From IMG/VR virus record IMGVR_UViG_3300042294_004161, positions 1 to 64,000 of that record: DNA of 64,000 nucleotides; one strand, given 5' to 3'. This document shows positions 19,819-30,523 of this stretch, piece after piece. Position 1 is the stretch's first letter, and each line of letters starts with the position of its first letter. The position numbers and the translations under genes are program-made. This DNA comes from a virus. The notes under the pieces are model-generated. The model was not told the DNA's origin and searched no databases. It saw only the letters and a list, made by a program, of their open reading frames with translations.

Positions 19819-20340
19819 ATGGCTCTTTTTGGAGAAAAACGCGACATAAGCATGTTCAGACATGTTAATAGAGAATTGATGCATAAAATCATTTCTCAAC
19901 AGATTGTCTTCTACAAATATAAAGTAGGAGAGACACCTGTTAACATGTATGGGGAAGCAGCTGAAGGAAGATATTTTGTAGACCCAGTATTATTATTTGC
20001 ACTTATTGAACCATCAGCCTTTGATTATACAGTAGATGATTTAGGTACAGACTTTAACTGGTCTGTAACATTTAAATTTTTACGTGATGATCTTGTAGAT
20101 TCTCAAGTATTCCCAGAAATAGGAGATGTAATTATGTATCAAAATGGATATTGGGAAATAGATAATGTTAATACAACTCAATTCTTTGTAGGTAAAAATC
20201 CTCAATATCCTTATTTAGATGCAGATGGAAATAATCCATATGAAACAGATTTAGGAGATTTTGGATATAACGTATCTGTAATTTGTACATGTCATTACAC
20301 TCCATCTGATAAAATTAACATTGAAATATCTAGACTATAA
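19819..20340 (+). CDS. Neck/head-closure protein (T4 gp14-like)
   Basis: NMYGE, PEIGDVI...WEIDNV; synteny. Confidence 0.75.
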   Translation: MALFGEKRDISMFRHVNRELMHKIISQQIVFYKYKVGETPVNMYGEAAEGRYFVDPVLLFALIEPSAFDYTVDDLGTDFNWSVTFKFLRDDLVDSQVFPEIGDVIMYQNGYWEIDNVNTTQFFVGKNPQYPYLDADGNNPYETDLGDFGYNVSVICTCHYTPSDKINIEISRL

Positions 20341-21293
20341 TGAGCGAAGGAAGACTACATAAACCCACACCGAAGACCCAACGCCAAATTAGCGTAGACC
20401 AGCATAAATCAACGTATAGTCCTGCTGGAAACCCCAATTTCGCGGACCCTGATGTCCCTGGGATACAACGTGCGTTAAATACATCATTTAAAGGAGATAA
20501 TGTAAAACCATTCAGTATCGGTATTCAAGATATTGATGAAGCTGTGTTTTACTATTTTGAAAACGTTATCCAACCCTCAGTAATACAAAATGGTCAACGT
20601 TTACCTGTTCCTGTAATTTATGGTTCTCCTGAAAAATGGAAATCATATCAAAAAGATGGATATTATAGAGATCAAAAAGGTAAAATTATGGCACCTTTAA
20701 TGATGTTTAAAAGAGATTCCATGGAGAAAAACAGATCTATAGGAAACAAATTAGACGCTAACAACCCCCACAACTACAGTATATCACAAAAGAAATATGA
20801 TCCTAGAAATTCATATGACAATTTTAAAGTACTAAACAATAGAATTCCAGAAAAACAATATTATGCTACTGTAATACCAGATTATGTAACAATAACTTAC
20901 AGTTGTGTTGTATTCACATATTATGTTGAACAATTAAATAAAATTGTTGAAGCAATGGAATATGCTTCTGATTCATACTGGGGTGATCCACAACGTTTTA
21001 AATTTAAAACTATGATTGATTCGTTTGGATTCCAAACAGAATTAGTTCAAGACAATGATCGTATTGTTAAAAGTACATTTAATTTAAAATTACATGGATA
21101 TATAACACCAAACATATTACAAAAAGATTTAAATTCATTAAAGAAATTCTCAGATAAAACTAAAGTTATATTCTCTATAGAAGCATCTTCAGTAGATGCT
21201 ATATACGATGGTGAAGTAAATAATAATGGAACCATCACAACCCCAGAAACTATAAAAGCTTTAGAAATAAAGAAAAAAGTAAATGCAATATAA
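20340..21293 (+). CDS. Tail terminator/sheath stabiliser (T4 gp15-like)
   Basis: VPVIYGSPEKW, QLNKIVE, TFNLKLHGYI; synteny. Confidence 0.75.
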   Translation: MSEGRLHKPTPKTQRQISVDQHKSTYSPAGNPNFADPDVPGIQRALNTSFKGDNVKPFSIGIQDIDEAVFYYFENVIQPSVIQNGQRLPVPVIYGSPEKWKSYQKDGYYRDQKGKIMAPLMMFKRDSMEKNRSIGNKLDANNPHNYSISQKKYDPRNSYDNFKVLNNRIPEKQYYATVIPDYVTITYSCVVFTYYVEQLNKIVEAMEYASDSYWGDPQRFKFKTMIDSFGFQTELVQDNDRIVKSTFNLKLHGYITPNILQKDLNSLKKFSDKTKVIFSIEASSVDAIYDGEVNNNGTITTPETIKALEIKKKVNAI

Positions 21294-21330
21294 TTGTTTT
21301 TTAAATATTTATAGAGGATAATAACATATA

Positions 21331-24300
21331 ATGGCTCAAGTAAGATTTTTAGACCAAGTTCCTGTAGGGGTATATAATATAGATCCAACAAGTGGTGGAG
21401 GCACAATTGATATTTACCAAAATGGTACATTAGTTAGTTCTAGTGTTCCCTTTATAAACTTTTCAGGCTCTGTTGAATTAACCTCTTTTGACACAAATGG
21501 TATAACAGTATATATTACTAGTTCTGGAGGTTCAGGAACAGGATTTCCTTTTTCAGGTTCAGCTGTTATTACTGGTTCTTTAGTAATTTCAGGTTCAACT
21601 CAACCAATTGTATTACAAACACTTCCTGTTCAATCTGGTCCTTATGTTGTAACTTACAATCCAGAAACAGGAATAATTGGATATGTAAATTCTACATCTG
21701 GTACAAGTGGACTTTCAGGCTCCTCAGGTACTGCAGGTGTATCAGGTACATCTGGCACATCAGGATCAAATGGATCTTCAGGAAATACAGGCATTTCAGG
21801 TACATCTGCTGAATCTGGTACATCAGGTTCAAGCGGTAGTGCTGGATCTTCAGGCAATATAGGAGCAAACGGAACTTCAGCAGCTTCAGGTACTTCAGGT
21901 ACCTCAGGTTCATCTGGTTCAAATGGTGTAACCGGTGAAAATGGAACAAGTGCAATTTCAGGAACTAGTGGATCTTCAGGTTCATCTGGTACAAATGGTA
22001 TAACCGGTGAAAATGGAACAAGTGCAATTTCAGGAACTTCAGGTTCAAGTGGTAGTGCTGGTTCATCAGGTAATATAGGAGCATCAGGTGAAAGTGCGGT
22101 CTCAGGAACTTCAGGTTCATCTGGCTCAACAGGTTCAAATGGTGTATCTGGAGGAAATGGCACTTCAGGCACTTCAGGTGAATCAGGTTCATCTGGTTCA
22201 AACGGTGAATCTGGTATTTCAGGTCAAAGCGCAACCTCTGGCACTTCAGGTTCATCTGGTTCAAATGGTGAAACTGGTATTTCAGGCGAAAGTGCAATTT
22301 CAGGAACTAGTGGATCTTCAGGTTCAGCAGGTTCTTCAGGTAATATAGGGACAAATGGAAATTCAGCAGTCTCAGGTACTTCAGGTTCATCAGGTTCTGC
22401 AGGTTCAAATGGTGTAGCTGGAGAAGATGGAGCAAGTGCCACCTCAGGTACATCAGGTTCTTCAGGTTCAAATGGTACTTCTGGTGATATAGGAATAAAC
22501 GGAGCTTCCGCATCTTCAGGTACTTCAGGTTCATCAGGTTCAAACGGATCAAATGGTGTAGCTGGAGAAAATGGAACTTCAGGTACTTCAGGCACATCAG
22601 GTTCATCTGGTTCAAATGGTGAAGCCGGTATTTCAGGCGAAAGTGCAATTTCAGGTACTAGTGGATCTTCAGGTTCAGCTGGTTCAAATGGAGCAGTTGG
22701 AGCAAACGGAGCTTCAGCATCTTCAGGTACTTCAGGTTCATCTGGTTCAAACGGATCAAATGGTATAGTTGGAGAAGATGGAATAAGTGCTATTTCAGGT
22801 ACTTCAGGTTCATCAGGTTCATCAGGTTCAAACGGATCAAATGGTGTAGCTGGAGAAAATGGTACTTCAGGTACTTCAGGTGAATCAGGTTCAACAGGTT
22901 CAAATGGTACATCTGGAGAAAATGGAGCCTCAGGTATTTCAGGCACTTCAGGTACTTCAGGTACATCTGGCTCAACAGGTTCAAATGGTGTAGCCGGAGG
23001 AGATGGAGATAGTGCTATTTCAGGAACTTCAGGTTCATCTGGCTCAACAGGTTCAAATGGTATAGCTGGAGAAAATGGAACTTCAGGCCTTTCAGGTACT
23101 TCTGGTTCAAACGGATCAAATGGTGTATCTGGAGGAAATGGCACTTCAGGCACTTCAGGTGAATCAGGTTCATCTGGTTCAATAGGAACAAGTGGTGAAT
23201 CAGGAATTTCAGGTTCATCAGGTATTTCTGGAACTTCAGGTTCAACAGGTTCTTCTGGTTCTTCAGGAGCAAATGGTACTTCAGGAATAAGTGGTTTAAG
23301 TGGTAGCTCAGGTTCATCAGGTACGTCAGGTGAAGATGGTATATCTGGTACTTCAGGTACTTCAGGTTCATCAGGATCAAATGGTACTTCAGGAGATGAT
23401 GGAATTTCAGGTACAAGTGCAATTTCAGGTACATCAGGTACCTCAGGTTCAAATGGTAATTCAGGACAAAATGGTACATCAGGTGTAAGTACTACATCTG
23501 GTACTAGCGGATCTTCAGGTTCTATAGGTACTTCAGGAGATGCAAGTACTTCAGGAGAAAGTACTACTTCAGGTACAAGTGGATCTTCAGGTTCTATAGG
23601 TACTTCAGGTAATGCCGGTGAATCAGGTCAATCTAATACATCAGGTACATCAGGTACATCAGGATCTATAGGTACTTCAGGAGAAAGTGCAACTTCAGGC
23701 ACTTCTGGTACATCAGGTTCTTCAGGTACATTAGGTTCATCAGGTTCAAGTAGTGAGAGCGGAACATCAGGTTCTTCAGGTACATCAGGCTCATCAGGAG
23801 AAAGCGGAACTAGCGGTTCTTCAGGAACTTCAGGTTTATCAGGAGAAAGCGGAACTAGCGGTTCTTCAGGAACTTCAGGTTCATCAGGAGAAAGCGGAAC
23901 TAGCGGTTCTTCAGGTTTAAGTGGTGAGAGCAGAACATCAGGTTCTTCAGGTACATCAGGTTCAAGTGGCTCATCAGGAGATAATGGTATATCAGGTATC
24001 AGTGCTACCTCAGGTACATCAGGTTCAAGTGGTTCATCAGGAGATAATGGAATTTCAGGAATAAGTGCTACTTCAGGCACCTCAGGTACCTCAGGGTCAA
24101 ATGGAATTAATGGAGATGCAGGTACCTCAGGTATAAGTGCAACTTCAGGCACATCAGGTTCAAATGGTACTTCAGGAAATGATGGAATTTCTGGTACAAG
24201 TGCTATTTCTGGTACTTCAGGAACTTCAGGTTCAAATGGTACCTCAGGAAATAATGGTAATGCAGGTACTTCAGGTATAAGCTCAACTTCAGGTACTTCT

Positions 24301-27300
24301 GGTTCAAGTGGCACCTCAGGAGATAACGGAAACTCAGGTACAAGTGCTATTTCTGGTACTTCAGGTACCTCAGGTACATCAGGATCAAATGGAGTTAATG
24401 GAGAAAATGGAACTTCAGCAATCTCAGGTACTTCAGGTACAAATGGTTCAAGCGGTACCTCAGGAGTAGCAGGTGATTCAGGTCTATCCAGAACATCAGG
24501 TACTTCAGGAACTAATGGTTCATCAGGTACCTCAGGTAATGAAGGAACATCAGGTGTTAGTGCATTATCAGGAACATCAGGTACAAATGGCTCAAACGGA
24601 ATTGATGGTATAGCAGGCACTTCAGGTGTTAGTGCAACATCTGGAACAAATGGTTCAAGCGGTACCTCAGGAGTAGCAGGTGATTCAGGTCTATCCAGAA
24701 CATCAGGTACTTCAGGCACCTCAGGTTCATCTGGCTCAAATGGAGTCACAGGAGATGATGGTATAAGTGCAGCCTCAGGTACAAGTGGTACTTCAGGTTC
24801 AGCAGGTACAAATGGAGAGGCAGGTATAAATGGAACAAGTGCAATTTCAGGAACATCAGGAACATCAGGTACTTCAGGTTCAAACGGAAATATAGGAGAA
24901 GATGGAACTTCAGCTCTATCTGGTACTAGTGGATCTTCAGGTTCAAATGGTACCTCAGGAAATAATGGTGCCTCAGGAACAAGTGCTATCTCAGGTACTT
25001 CAGGTACAAATGGTTCAAGCGGTACCTCAGGAGTAGCAGGTGATTCAGGTCTATCCAGAACATCAGGTACTTCAGGCACCTCAGGTTCAGCCGGTACAAA
25101 TGGTATTGATGGAGTTGCTGGTACCTCAGGTGTTAGTGCATTATCAGGAACATCAGGTACAAATGGTTCAAATGGTATTGATGGTGTAGCAGGTACCTCA
25201 GGTATAAGCTCAACTTCAGGTACAAATGGTTCCTCAGGTACAAATGGTATTAATGGTGTAGCAGGAACATCAGGTGTTAGCGCGGTCTCAGGCTCATCAG
25301 GTTCAAATGGCACAAATGGAATAAATGGAAATACAGGTACTTCAGGTGTAAGTGCAGTCTCAGGTACCTCAGGTACAAATGGTTCAAATGGTATTGATGG
25401 AGTTGCTGGTACTTCAGGTGTTAGCGCGGTCTCAGGTACCTCAGGTTCTAATGGTACAAACGGAATCAATGGAGTCGAAGGCACATCAGGTGTAAGTGCT
25501 ACCTCAGGTACTTCAGGTTCAAATGGTACCTCAGGTAACGCAGGAGCTTCAGGAGCTAGTGCTACTTCAGGTACTTCAGGAACAAATGGATCAAGTGGTA
25601 CTGCTGGAGCAGCTGGAGCCTCAGGTGCAAGTGCGGCCTCAGGTACCTCAGGTACTAATGGCTCTTCAGGTACAAATGGAGTTAATGGTAATGCTGGAAC
25701 TTCAGGTGTAAGCGCGGTCTCAGGCACAAATGGTACCTCAGGCACAAATGGTGTTAATGGTAACGCTGGAGCATCTGGTGTAAGCGCAACTTCGGGTACT
25801 AATGGTACAAATGGTACAACTGGAGCAACAGGTAATGCTGGAGCTTCAGGTGAATCAAGAACCTCAGGTACAAATGGTACTTCAGGCACAAATGGCACTT
25901 CAGGAGTTAACGGAGCATCAGGTGTAAGCGCAGTCTCAGGTACAAACGGTACATCAGGTACAAATGGAGTTAATGGTAATGCAGGAACTTCAGGTGTAAG
26001 CGCAGTCTCAGGTACAAACGGTACATCAGGTACAAATGGAGTTAATGGTAACGCTGGAGCATCTGGTGTTAGCGCAGTTTCAGGTACCTCAGGTACAAAT
26101 GGTACAAACGGAGCTAATGGTAATGCAGGTGCAAATGGTGCAAGTGCGGTATCAGGTACCTCAGGTACTTCAGGTACAGCAGGAAATAATGGTAATGCAG
26201 GAGGATCAGGTGTAAGTGCTACCTCAGGTACAAATGGTACTTCAGGTACTACAGGAGCTAATGGTAATGCAGGAGGATCAGGTGTAAGTGCAGTCTCAGG
26301 CACATCAGGTACAAATGGTACAAATGGTGCTAATGGAGCAGCAGGTGCAAATGGTGCAAGTGCAGCCTCAGGTACCTCAGGTACTTCAGGTACAGCAGGT
26401 ACAAATGGTTTATCTGTAAATGGTACTGCAGGTATAAGTGGAAATACATTTAATAATCAACCAGGATTCCCAGTACTTACATGTAATACTACTCAAATTC
26501 AAAGTACAAGCTTAATGTTCTTTGATGCTGGAAATAGTAGAGTATGTACCCCTGGAGATATGTTAATACATGGTGTATTTGTTGGTAAAGGTCCAGGAGC
26601 TATTGATACAAATACTAGAGTAGGGCCTGGAAATAATTTCAGCGGTAATACAACAGGTTATAGTAATGTAGCTATTGGAAGTAATGCTATGAAAGATAAT
26701 ACTACTGGAGCAAATAACGTAGCTGTTGGTAAGGATGCTTTACTAGATAATACTACAGGAGCTAGTAACATAGGAATAGGACGTAATGCCTTATATAATA
26801 CAAATTCCTCTAATAATATAGGTATTGGAACTAACTCTTCATTTAATAATTCAAGTGGTAATAAAAATGTAGCAATTGGATCTTCAGCATTATATTCTAA
26901 CACAACAGCTGCTACTAGTACAGCAATTGGTTATAGAGCGCAGTTATATTATAATCATTCTAATATTATAGCTGTTGGATCTGATTCTTTAGCATCAGCA
27001 GCTAACCACACAGTTTGGGGAAATTCAGCAAATGATGTTTGTAATTGTGTTTATGTAGCATGGTCAGAAGTTTCTGATTGTAGAGATAAAACAGAAATAG
27101 AAACATTATCTTCTGATTTAGGATTAAATTTAATTCGTAAACTAAGACCAGTATCCTTTAAAAAGGATCATAGAGATACATATGTAAGAGAATGTGGTTT
27201 TAAATATGGAGAAAAAGATGGCACATTAGCTGGAGAAAAAGAACATTATGGTTTAATAGCTCAAGAATTAAACCAAGCATTAACAGAATTAGACACTAGA

Positions 27301-27435
27301 TTTGATGCTTTAGGACATGATCCTAAAAAAGACGCATATCGTGTGACTTATACAGAATTAATAGCTCCTGTAATTAAATCAATTCAAGAATTAGACGAAA
27401 GATTAAAAATTGTTGAAACTAGATTGGAAATCTAA
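21331..27435 (+). CDS. Giant Gly-X-Y repeat fibre protein (2034 aa) with C-terminal peptidase S74-type intramolecular chaperone
   Basis: About 1580 aa of G-X-S/T/N triplets; then NVAIG..AL..NTTG beta-roll repeats; SDCRDK...LRPVSF...GLIAQE...YTELIAPVIKSIQEL. Confidence 0.85.
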   Translation: MAQVRFLDQVPVGVYNIDPTSGGGTIDIYQNGTLVSSSVPFINFSGSVELTSFDTNGITVYITSSGGSGTGFPFSGSAVITGSLVISGSTQPIVLQTLPVQSGPYVVTYNPETGIIGYVNSTSGTSGLSGSSGTAGVSGTSGTSGSNGSSGNTGISGTSAESGTSGSSGSAGSSGNIGANGTSAASGTSGTSGSSGSNGVTGENGTSAISGTSGSSGSSGTNGITGENGTSAISGTSGSSGSAGSSGNIGASGESAVSGTSGSSGSTGSNGVSGGNGTSGTSGESGSSGSNGESGISGQSATSGTSGSSGSNGETGISGESAISGTSGSSGSAGSSGNIGTNGNSAVSGTSGSSGSAGSNGVAGEDGASATSGTSGSSGSNGTSGDIGINGASASSGTSGSSGSNGSNGVAGENGTSGTSGTSGSSGSNGEAGISGESAISGTSGSSGSAGSNGAVGANGASASSGTSGSSGSNGSNGIVGEDGISAISGTSGSSGSSGSNGSNGVAGENGTSGTSGESGSTGSNGTSGENGASGISGTSGTSGTSGSTGSNGVAGGDGDSAISGTSGSSGSTGSNGIAGENGTSGLSGTSGSNGSNGVSGGNGTSGTSGESGSSGSIGTSGESGISGSSGISGTSGSTGSSGSSGANGTSGISGLSGSSGSSGTSGEDGISGTSGTSGSSGSNGTSGDDGISGTSAISGTSGTSGSNGNSGQNGTSGVSTTSGTSGSSGSIGTSGDASTSGESTTSGTSGSSGSIGTSGNAGESGQSNTSGTSGTSGSIGTSGESATSGTSGTSGSSGTLGSSGSSSESGTSGSSGTSGSSGESGTSGSSGTSGLSGESGTSGSSGTSGSSGESGTSGSSGLSGESRTSGSSGTSGSSGSSGDNGISGISATSGTSGSSGSSGDNGISGISATSGTSGTSGSNGINGDAGTSGISATSGTSGSNGTSGNDGISGTSAISGTSGTSGSNGTSGNNGNAGTSGISSTSGTSGSSGTSGDNGNSGTSAISGTSGTSGTSGSNGVNGENGTSAISGTSGTNGSSGTSGVAGDSGLSRTSGTSGTNGSSGTSGNEGTSGVSALSGTSGTNGSNGIDGIAGTSGVSATSGTNGSSGTSGVAGDSGLSRTSGTSGTSGSSGSNGVTGDDGISAASGTSGTSGSAGTNGEAGINGTSAISGTSGTSGTSGSNGNIGEDGTSALSGTSGSSGSNGTSGNNGASGTSAISGTSGTNGSSGTSGVAGDSGLSRTSGTSGTSGSAGTNGIDGVAGTSGVSALSGTSGTNGSNGIDGVAGTSGISSTSGTNGSSGTNGINGVAGTSGVSAVSGSSGSNGTNGINGNTGTSGVSAVSGTSGTNGSNGIDGVAGTSGVSAVSGTSGSNGTNGINGVEGTSGVSATSGTSGSNGTSGNAGASGASATSGTSGTNGSSGTAGAAGASGASAASGTSGTNGSSGTNGVNGNAGTSGVSAVSGTNGTSGTNGVNGNAGASGVSATSGTNGTNGTTGATGNAGASGESRTSGTNGTSGTNGTSGVNGASGVSAVSGTNGTSGTNGVNGNAGTSGVSAVSGTNGTSGTNGVNGNAGASGVSAVSGTSGTNGTNGANGNAGANGASAVSGTSGTSGTAGNNGNAGGSGVSATSGTNGTSGTTGANGNAGGSGVSAVSGTSGTNGTNGANGAAGANGASAASGTSGTSGTAGTNGLSVNGTAGISGNTFNNQPGFPVLTCNTTQIQSTSLMFFDAGNSRVCTPGDMLIHGVFVGKGPGAIDTNTRVGPGNNFSGNTTGYSNVAIGSNAMKDNTTGANNVAVGKDALLDNTTGASNIGIGRNALYNTNSSNNIGIGTNSSFNNSSGNKNVAIGSSALYSNTTAATSTAIGYRAQLYYNHSNIIAVGSDSLASAANHTVWGNSANDVCNCVYVAWSEVSDCRDKTEIETLSSDLGLNLIRKLRPVSFKKDHRDTYVRECGFKYGEKDGTLAGEKEHYGLIAQELNQALTELDTRFDALGHDPKKDAYRVTYTELIAPVIKSIQELDERLKIVETRLEI
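21700..26442 (+). repeat. Coding 9-bp-period repeat (GGT ACT TCA type) with higher-order duplications
   Basis: Continuous triplet periodicity; e.g. 24421..24509 is repeated at 24988..25076. Confidence 0.95.
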
Positions 27436-27488
27436 AATTAAATTAATATATTTTATATCAAATTAAATACTTATAATAAAAAATAAAT

Positions 27489-27854
27489 ATGGCACAAACA
27501 GCAATTTTTGGCAAAATCAACCCAGTTATTAGTATTGTTGAACAAACAACATTATTTAATCCTTCTCCAGCATATATTACTGGAGATTACATTACAGCGA
27601 CCGCAAATCCTTATGTCTTAGGAACTAATGAAGTAAATTTCCGTGTATATTATGGAAATTGTACTTTTAATAATGATGGAGAAGTAGTTAGTTTTAAAAG
27701 TATTTATGTTGACAGTGTAAAACTTTCAGGCAGTGCAATTACTAGTTGGGGAGAAGATGATAGTGTTATTTTAGATACTATAGCTACTCAACAAGGTACC
27801 ACAGTTACACAAGTTGTATCTGGTAGTTTAGGAATTGGAGAAATAATATATTAA
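27489..27854 (+). CDS. Hypothetical protein (possible fibre accessory)
   Basis: Follows fibre 1; variant late motif ATACTTATA at 27467. Confidence 0.55.
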   Translation: MAQTAIFGKINPVISIVEQTTLFNPSPAYITGDYITATANPYVLGTNEVNFRVYYGNCTFNNDGEVVSFKSIYVDSVKLSGSAITSWGEDDSVILDTIATQQGTTVTQVVSGSLGIGEIIY

Positions 27855-27887
27855 AAATATTTAAATTAGTTTTAAATTAAAAAAGTT

Positions 27888-28709
27888 ATGATAGAAAAAG
27901 TATTTTATAATAGTTCTATGCCGAGGGCTGGGTCTACTTTAATACAAAATATTTTAGGACAAAACCCAGAAATATATGCTACTCCAACATCTGGTTTATT
28001 TGAGATGATGGCTACCTCTAGAACTATATTTACAGATAGTTTAGAAATTAAAGCTCAAAATGAGCAAGAAATGTTAAATGGCTTTAAAGGCTTCCTTAAA
28101 GGAGGTCTTTATAATTTTTACAATAATATAACTGATAAACCTTATGTAATAGATAAATCAAGAGGATGGAATTCAGAATGGGAATTTATTAATGCTTTTG
28201 ATCCTAATCCTAAAATTATTTGTATGATTAGAGATATAAGAGCAGTATATTCTTCTTTAGAAAAAAAATTTAGAAAACATCCACTACAAGATCATCATTT
28301 AGCTAATTGGGTTAATTTAACAGGTACTACAACTGACAAAAGAATACAATTCTGGTTTACAAACCCACCTATTGGTCCTTCTATGGATAAAATATACCAA
28401 ACATTAATTCAGGGAATACATAAAAATATTTTATTTATTAAGTTTGAGGAACTTTGTTCTGATCCTGATATACAATTAAAAAAAATATATGAATATCTTG
28501 AATTACCATTCTATCAACATGATTTTAAAAATATTCAACAAATAACACATGAGGATGATAAATGGTATGGTATTTTTGGAGATCATATTATTAGGCAAGA
28601 ACTTAAACCTGTAGAAGATGATTATTTAGAGGTATTAGGACCTAATGCTTGTAGACTGATTGTAGAAAATTATGGTTGGTTTTTTAATGATTTTGGTTAT
28701 AAAATTTAA
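27888..28709 (+). CDS. PAPS-dependent sulfotransferase
   Basis: 5'-PSB loop SMPRAGSTL, VIDKSR, 3'-PB IRDIRAVYSS, IKFEELC. Confidence 0.88.
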   Translation: MIEKVFYNSSMPRAGSTLIQNILGQNPEIYATPTSGLFEMMATSRTIFTDSLEIKAQNEQEMLNGFKGFLKGGLYNFYNNITDKPYVIDKSRGWNSEWEFINAFDPNPKIICMIRDIRAVYSSLEKKFRKHPLQDHHLANWVNLTGTTTDKRIQFWFTNPPIGPSMDKIYQTLIQGIHKNILFIKFEELCSDPDIQLKKIYEYLELPFYQHDFKNIQQITHEDDKWYGIFGDHIIRQELKPVEDDYLEVLGPNACRLIVENYGWFFNDFGYKI

Positions 28710-28711
28710 TT

Positions 28712-29680
28712 ATGAAAGTAGGTTATAAATCTAAATTTGATACAGAAATTATTGAAGAAGAATTAGATCAAGAAATCATTTCATTTGATAAGAAAACTAA
28801 ATATTTAGTTTGGCATATTGAAGGAGGATTAGGGAAAAACATAGCAGCTACTGCTCTTTTAAAATCTATTGATGAAACATATCCTGACAGAAAAATAATT
28901 ATTGTAGCCTCATATCCTGAGATTTTTATAAATAATCCATCTGTTTATAGAGTATATAAAGTTGGTATGACTAGTTATTTTTATGATGACTATATTAAAG
29001 ATAAAGACACACTTATATTCAGGCATGAACCTTATTTTCAAACATCACATATTCTTAAACAAAAACATTTAATTGAAAATTGGGCAGATTTATTGGGGGT
29101 TAAATATAAAGGTCATTTTCCTGAAATACATTTTAATCTAGTTCAAAAACAATTACCTCTTAGTTGGCTTAGAGATAAACCAATATTATTATTACAAACA
29201 AATGGAGGTCCATTTTATAATCAAAAACTAAGTTATTCTTGGACTAGAGATATACCATATAATATAGCAACTCAAATTGTTGAAGAGTTTAAAAAAGATT
29301 ATCATATTATTCAAATAATGAGACAAGGTTCTATTCCATTAGAGAATGCTGAAGTTATTGATTATCAAATGAGTAATATGGAATTATTTGGATTAGTAGG
29401 GGTATCTGATAAACGAGTATTAATAGACTCTAGCATCCAACATATAGCATCTGCTTTAAATTTATCATCAACTGTTTTATGGGTAGGAACTTCACCTAAA
29501 AATTTTGGATATACTATTCATTCTAACATAGTATCAAAACCACCAAAAGGTAATACTAAATTAATAGATGCTTATTTATTTGATTATTCATTTGAAGGTG
29601 TACCATATGAATGTCCATATATGGATGTTAATGAAATGTTTGATATTAATGAAATTATAAACTCAATTAAAAACACATGA
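28712..29680 (+). CDS. GT9-like (heptosyltransferase-fold) glycosyltransferase
   Basis: GGLGKNIAAT, YPEIFINNP, IDSSIQHIASAL...TVLW. Confidence 0.7.
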   Translation: MKVGYKSKFDTEIIEEELDQEIISFDKKTKYLVWHIEGGLGKNIAATALLKSIDETYPDRKIIIVASYPEIFINNPSVYRVYKVGMTSYFYDDYIKDKDTLIFRHEPYFQTSHILKQKHLIENWADLLGVKYKGHFPEIHFNLVQKQLPLSWLRDKPILLLQTNGGPFYNQKLSYSWTRDIPYNIATQIVEEFKKDYHIIQIMRQGSIPLENAEVIDYQMSNMELFGLVGVSDKRVLIDSSIQHIASALNLSSTVLWVGTSPKNFGYTIHSNIVSKPPKGNTKLIDAYLFDYSFEGVPYECPYMDVNEMFDINEIINSIKNT

Positions 29681-30120
29681 TATATTGGCTCACAGGACAA
29701 CCAGGACATGGTAAAACAGTTTTATCTAAAATGTTAAAACATTACATTGAATTAAATGAAAATACAACAGTATTTAATATTGATGGAGATGATTTACGCG
29801 AAATTTTAACTAATAAAGATTATTCTAAACAAGGTAGAGAAAATAACATAAAAACAGCACATTCTATTGCAAGATATTTGGCAAATCAAGGATTTGATGT
29901 TATCGTATCGTTAGTATCACCTTATAGAGAATTAAGAGAAGAATTTAAATCTTTAGGAAATATAACTGAAATATATGTTCATACAACTGAAATTAGAGGC
30001 AGAGAACAATTTCATGTAGAAGATTATGAACCACCATTATCTAATTTTATAGATATTGATACTACTAACCAAACACCAGGACAAAGCTTAAGTACTATTT
30101 TAAATTATATTCATGGATAA
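29677..30120 (+). CDS. cysC: Adenylyl-sulfate (APS) kinase
   Basis: WLTGQPGHGKT, IDGDDLR, DYSKQGRENNI, VSLVSPYRELRE, YEPP. Confidence 0.9.
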   Translation: MIYWLTGQPGHGKTVLSKMLKHYIELNENTTVFNIDGDDLREILTNKDYSKQGRENNIKTAHSIARYLANQGFDVIVSLVSPYRELREEFKSLGNITEIYVHTTEIRGREQFHVEDYEPPLSNFIDIDTTNQTPGQSLSTILNYIHG

Positions 30121-30523
30121 TAAAATATGGGATAAAAAATATCATGTAGAATCATCAATGGTTAATGATGAAGATGGATTCGCAATGTTCTTAGGTAGAT
30201 GGCAACCTCTACATGACGGGCATAAAAATTTATTCTCACAAGCATTAAATTCAGATAAAAATATCTGTATTATGATACGTGATACACCAGTAAGTGAAAA
30301 AAATCCATTTACCTCTGAACAAGTAAAACAAAATATTGAAGAATATTATAGTAAGGGTGTAAAAAATGGAAATGTAGTTGTTATGGTTGTACCAAATATT
30401 ACTTCAATCAATTTTGGAAGAGGAGTAGGATATGATATTATAGAACATATCCCACCTACAGAAATTGCTGACATATCAGCAACTAAAATTAGAGAACAAA
30501 TGAAACAAGATGGTAGACTATAA
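30113..30523 (+). CDS. Small HxGH nucleotidyltransferase (cytidylyltransferase-like; candidate minimal sulfate adenylyltransferase)
   Basis: GRWQPLHDGH, KNPF, ISATKIRE; overlaps cysC. Confidence 0.75.
   Translation: MDNKIWDKKYHVESSMVNDEDGFAMFLGRWQPLHDGHKNLFSQALNSDKNICIMIRDTPVSEKNPFTSEQVKQNIEEYYSKGVKNGNVVVMVVPNITSINFGRGVGYDIIEHIPPTEIADISATKIREQMKQDGRL

Noticed and set aside
9521-21430. Minus-strand ORFs overlapping head, capsid and neck genes
   Set aside because: Antisense to well-supported genes, with no recognisable motifs
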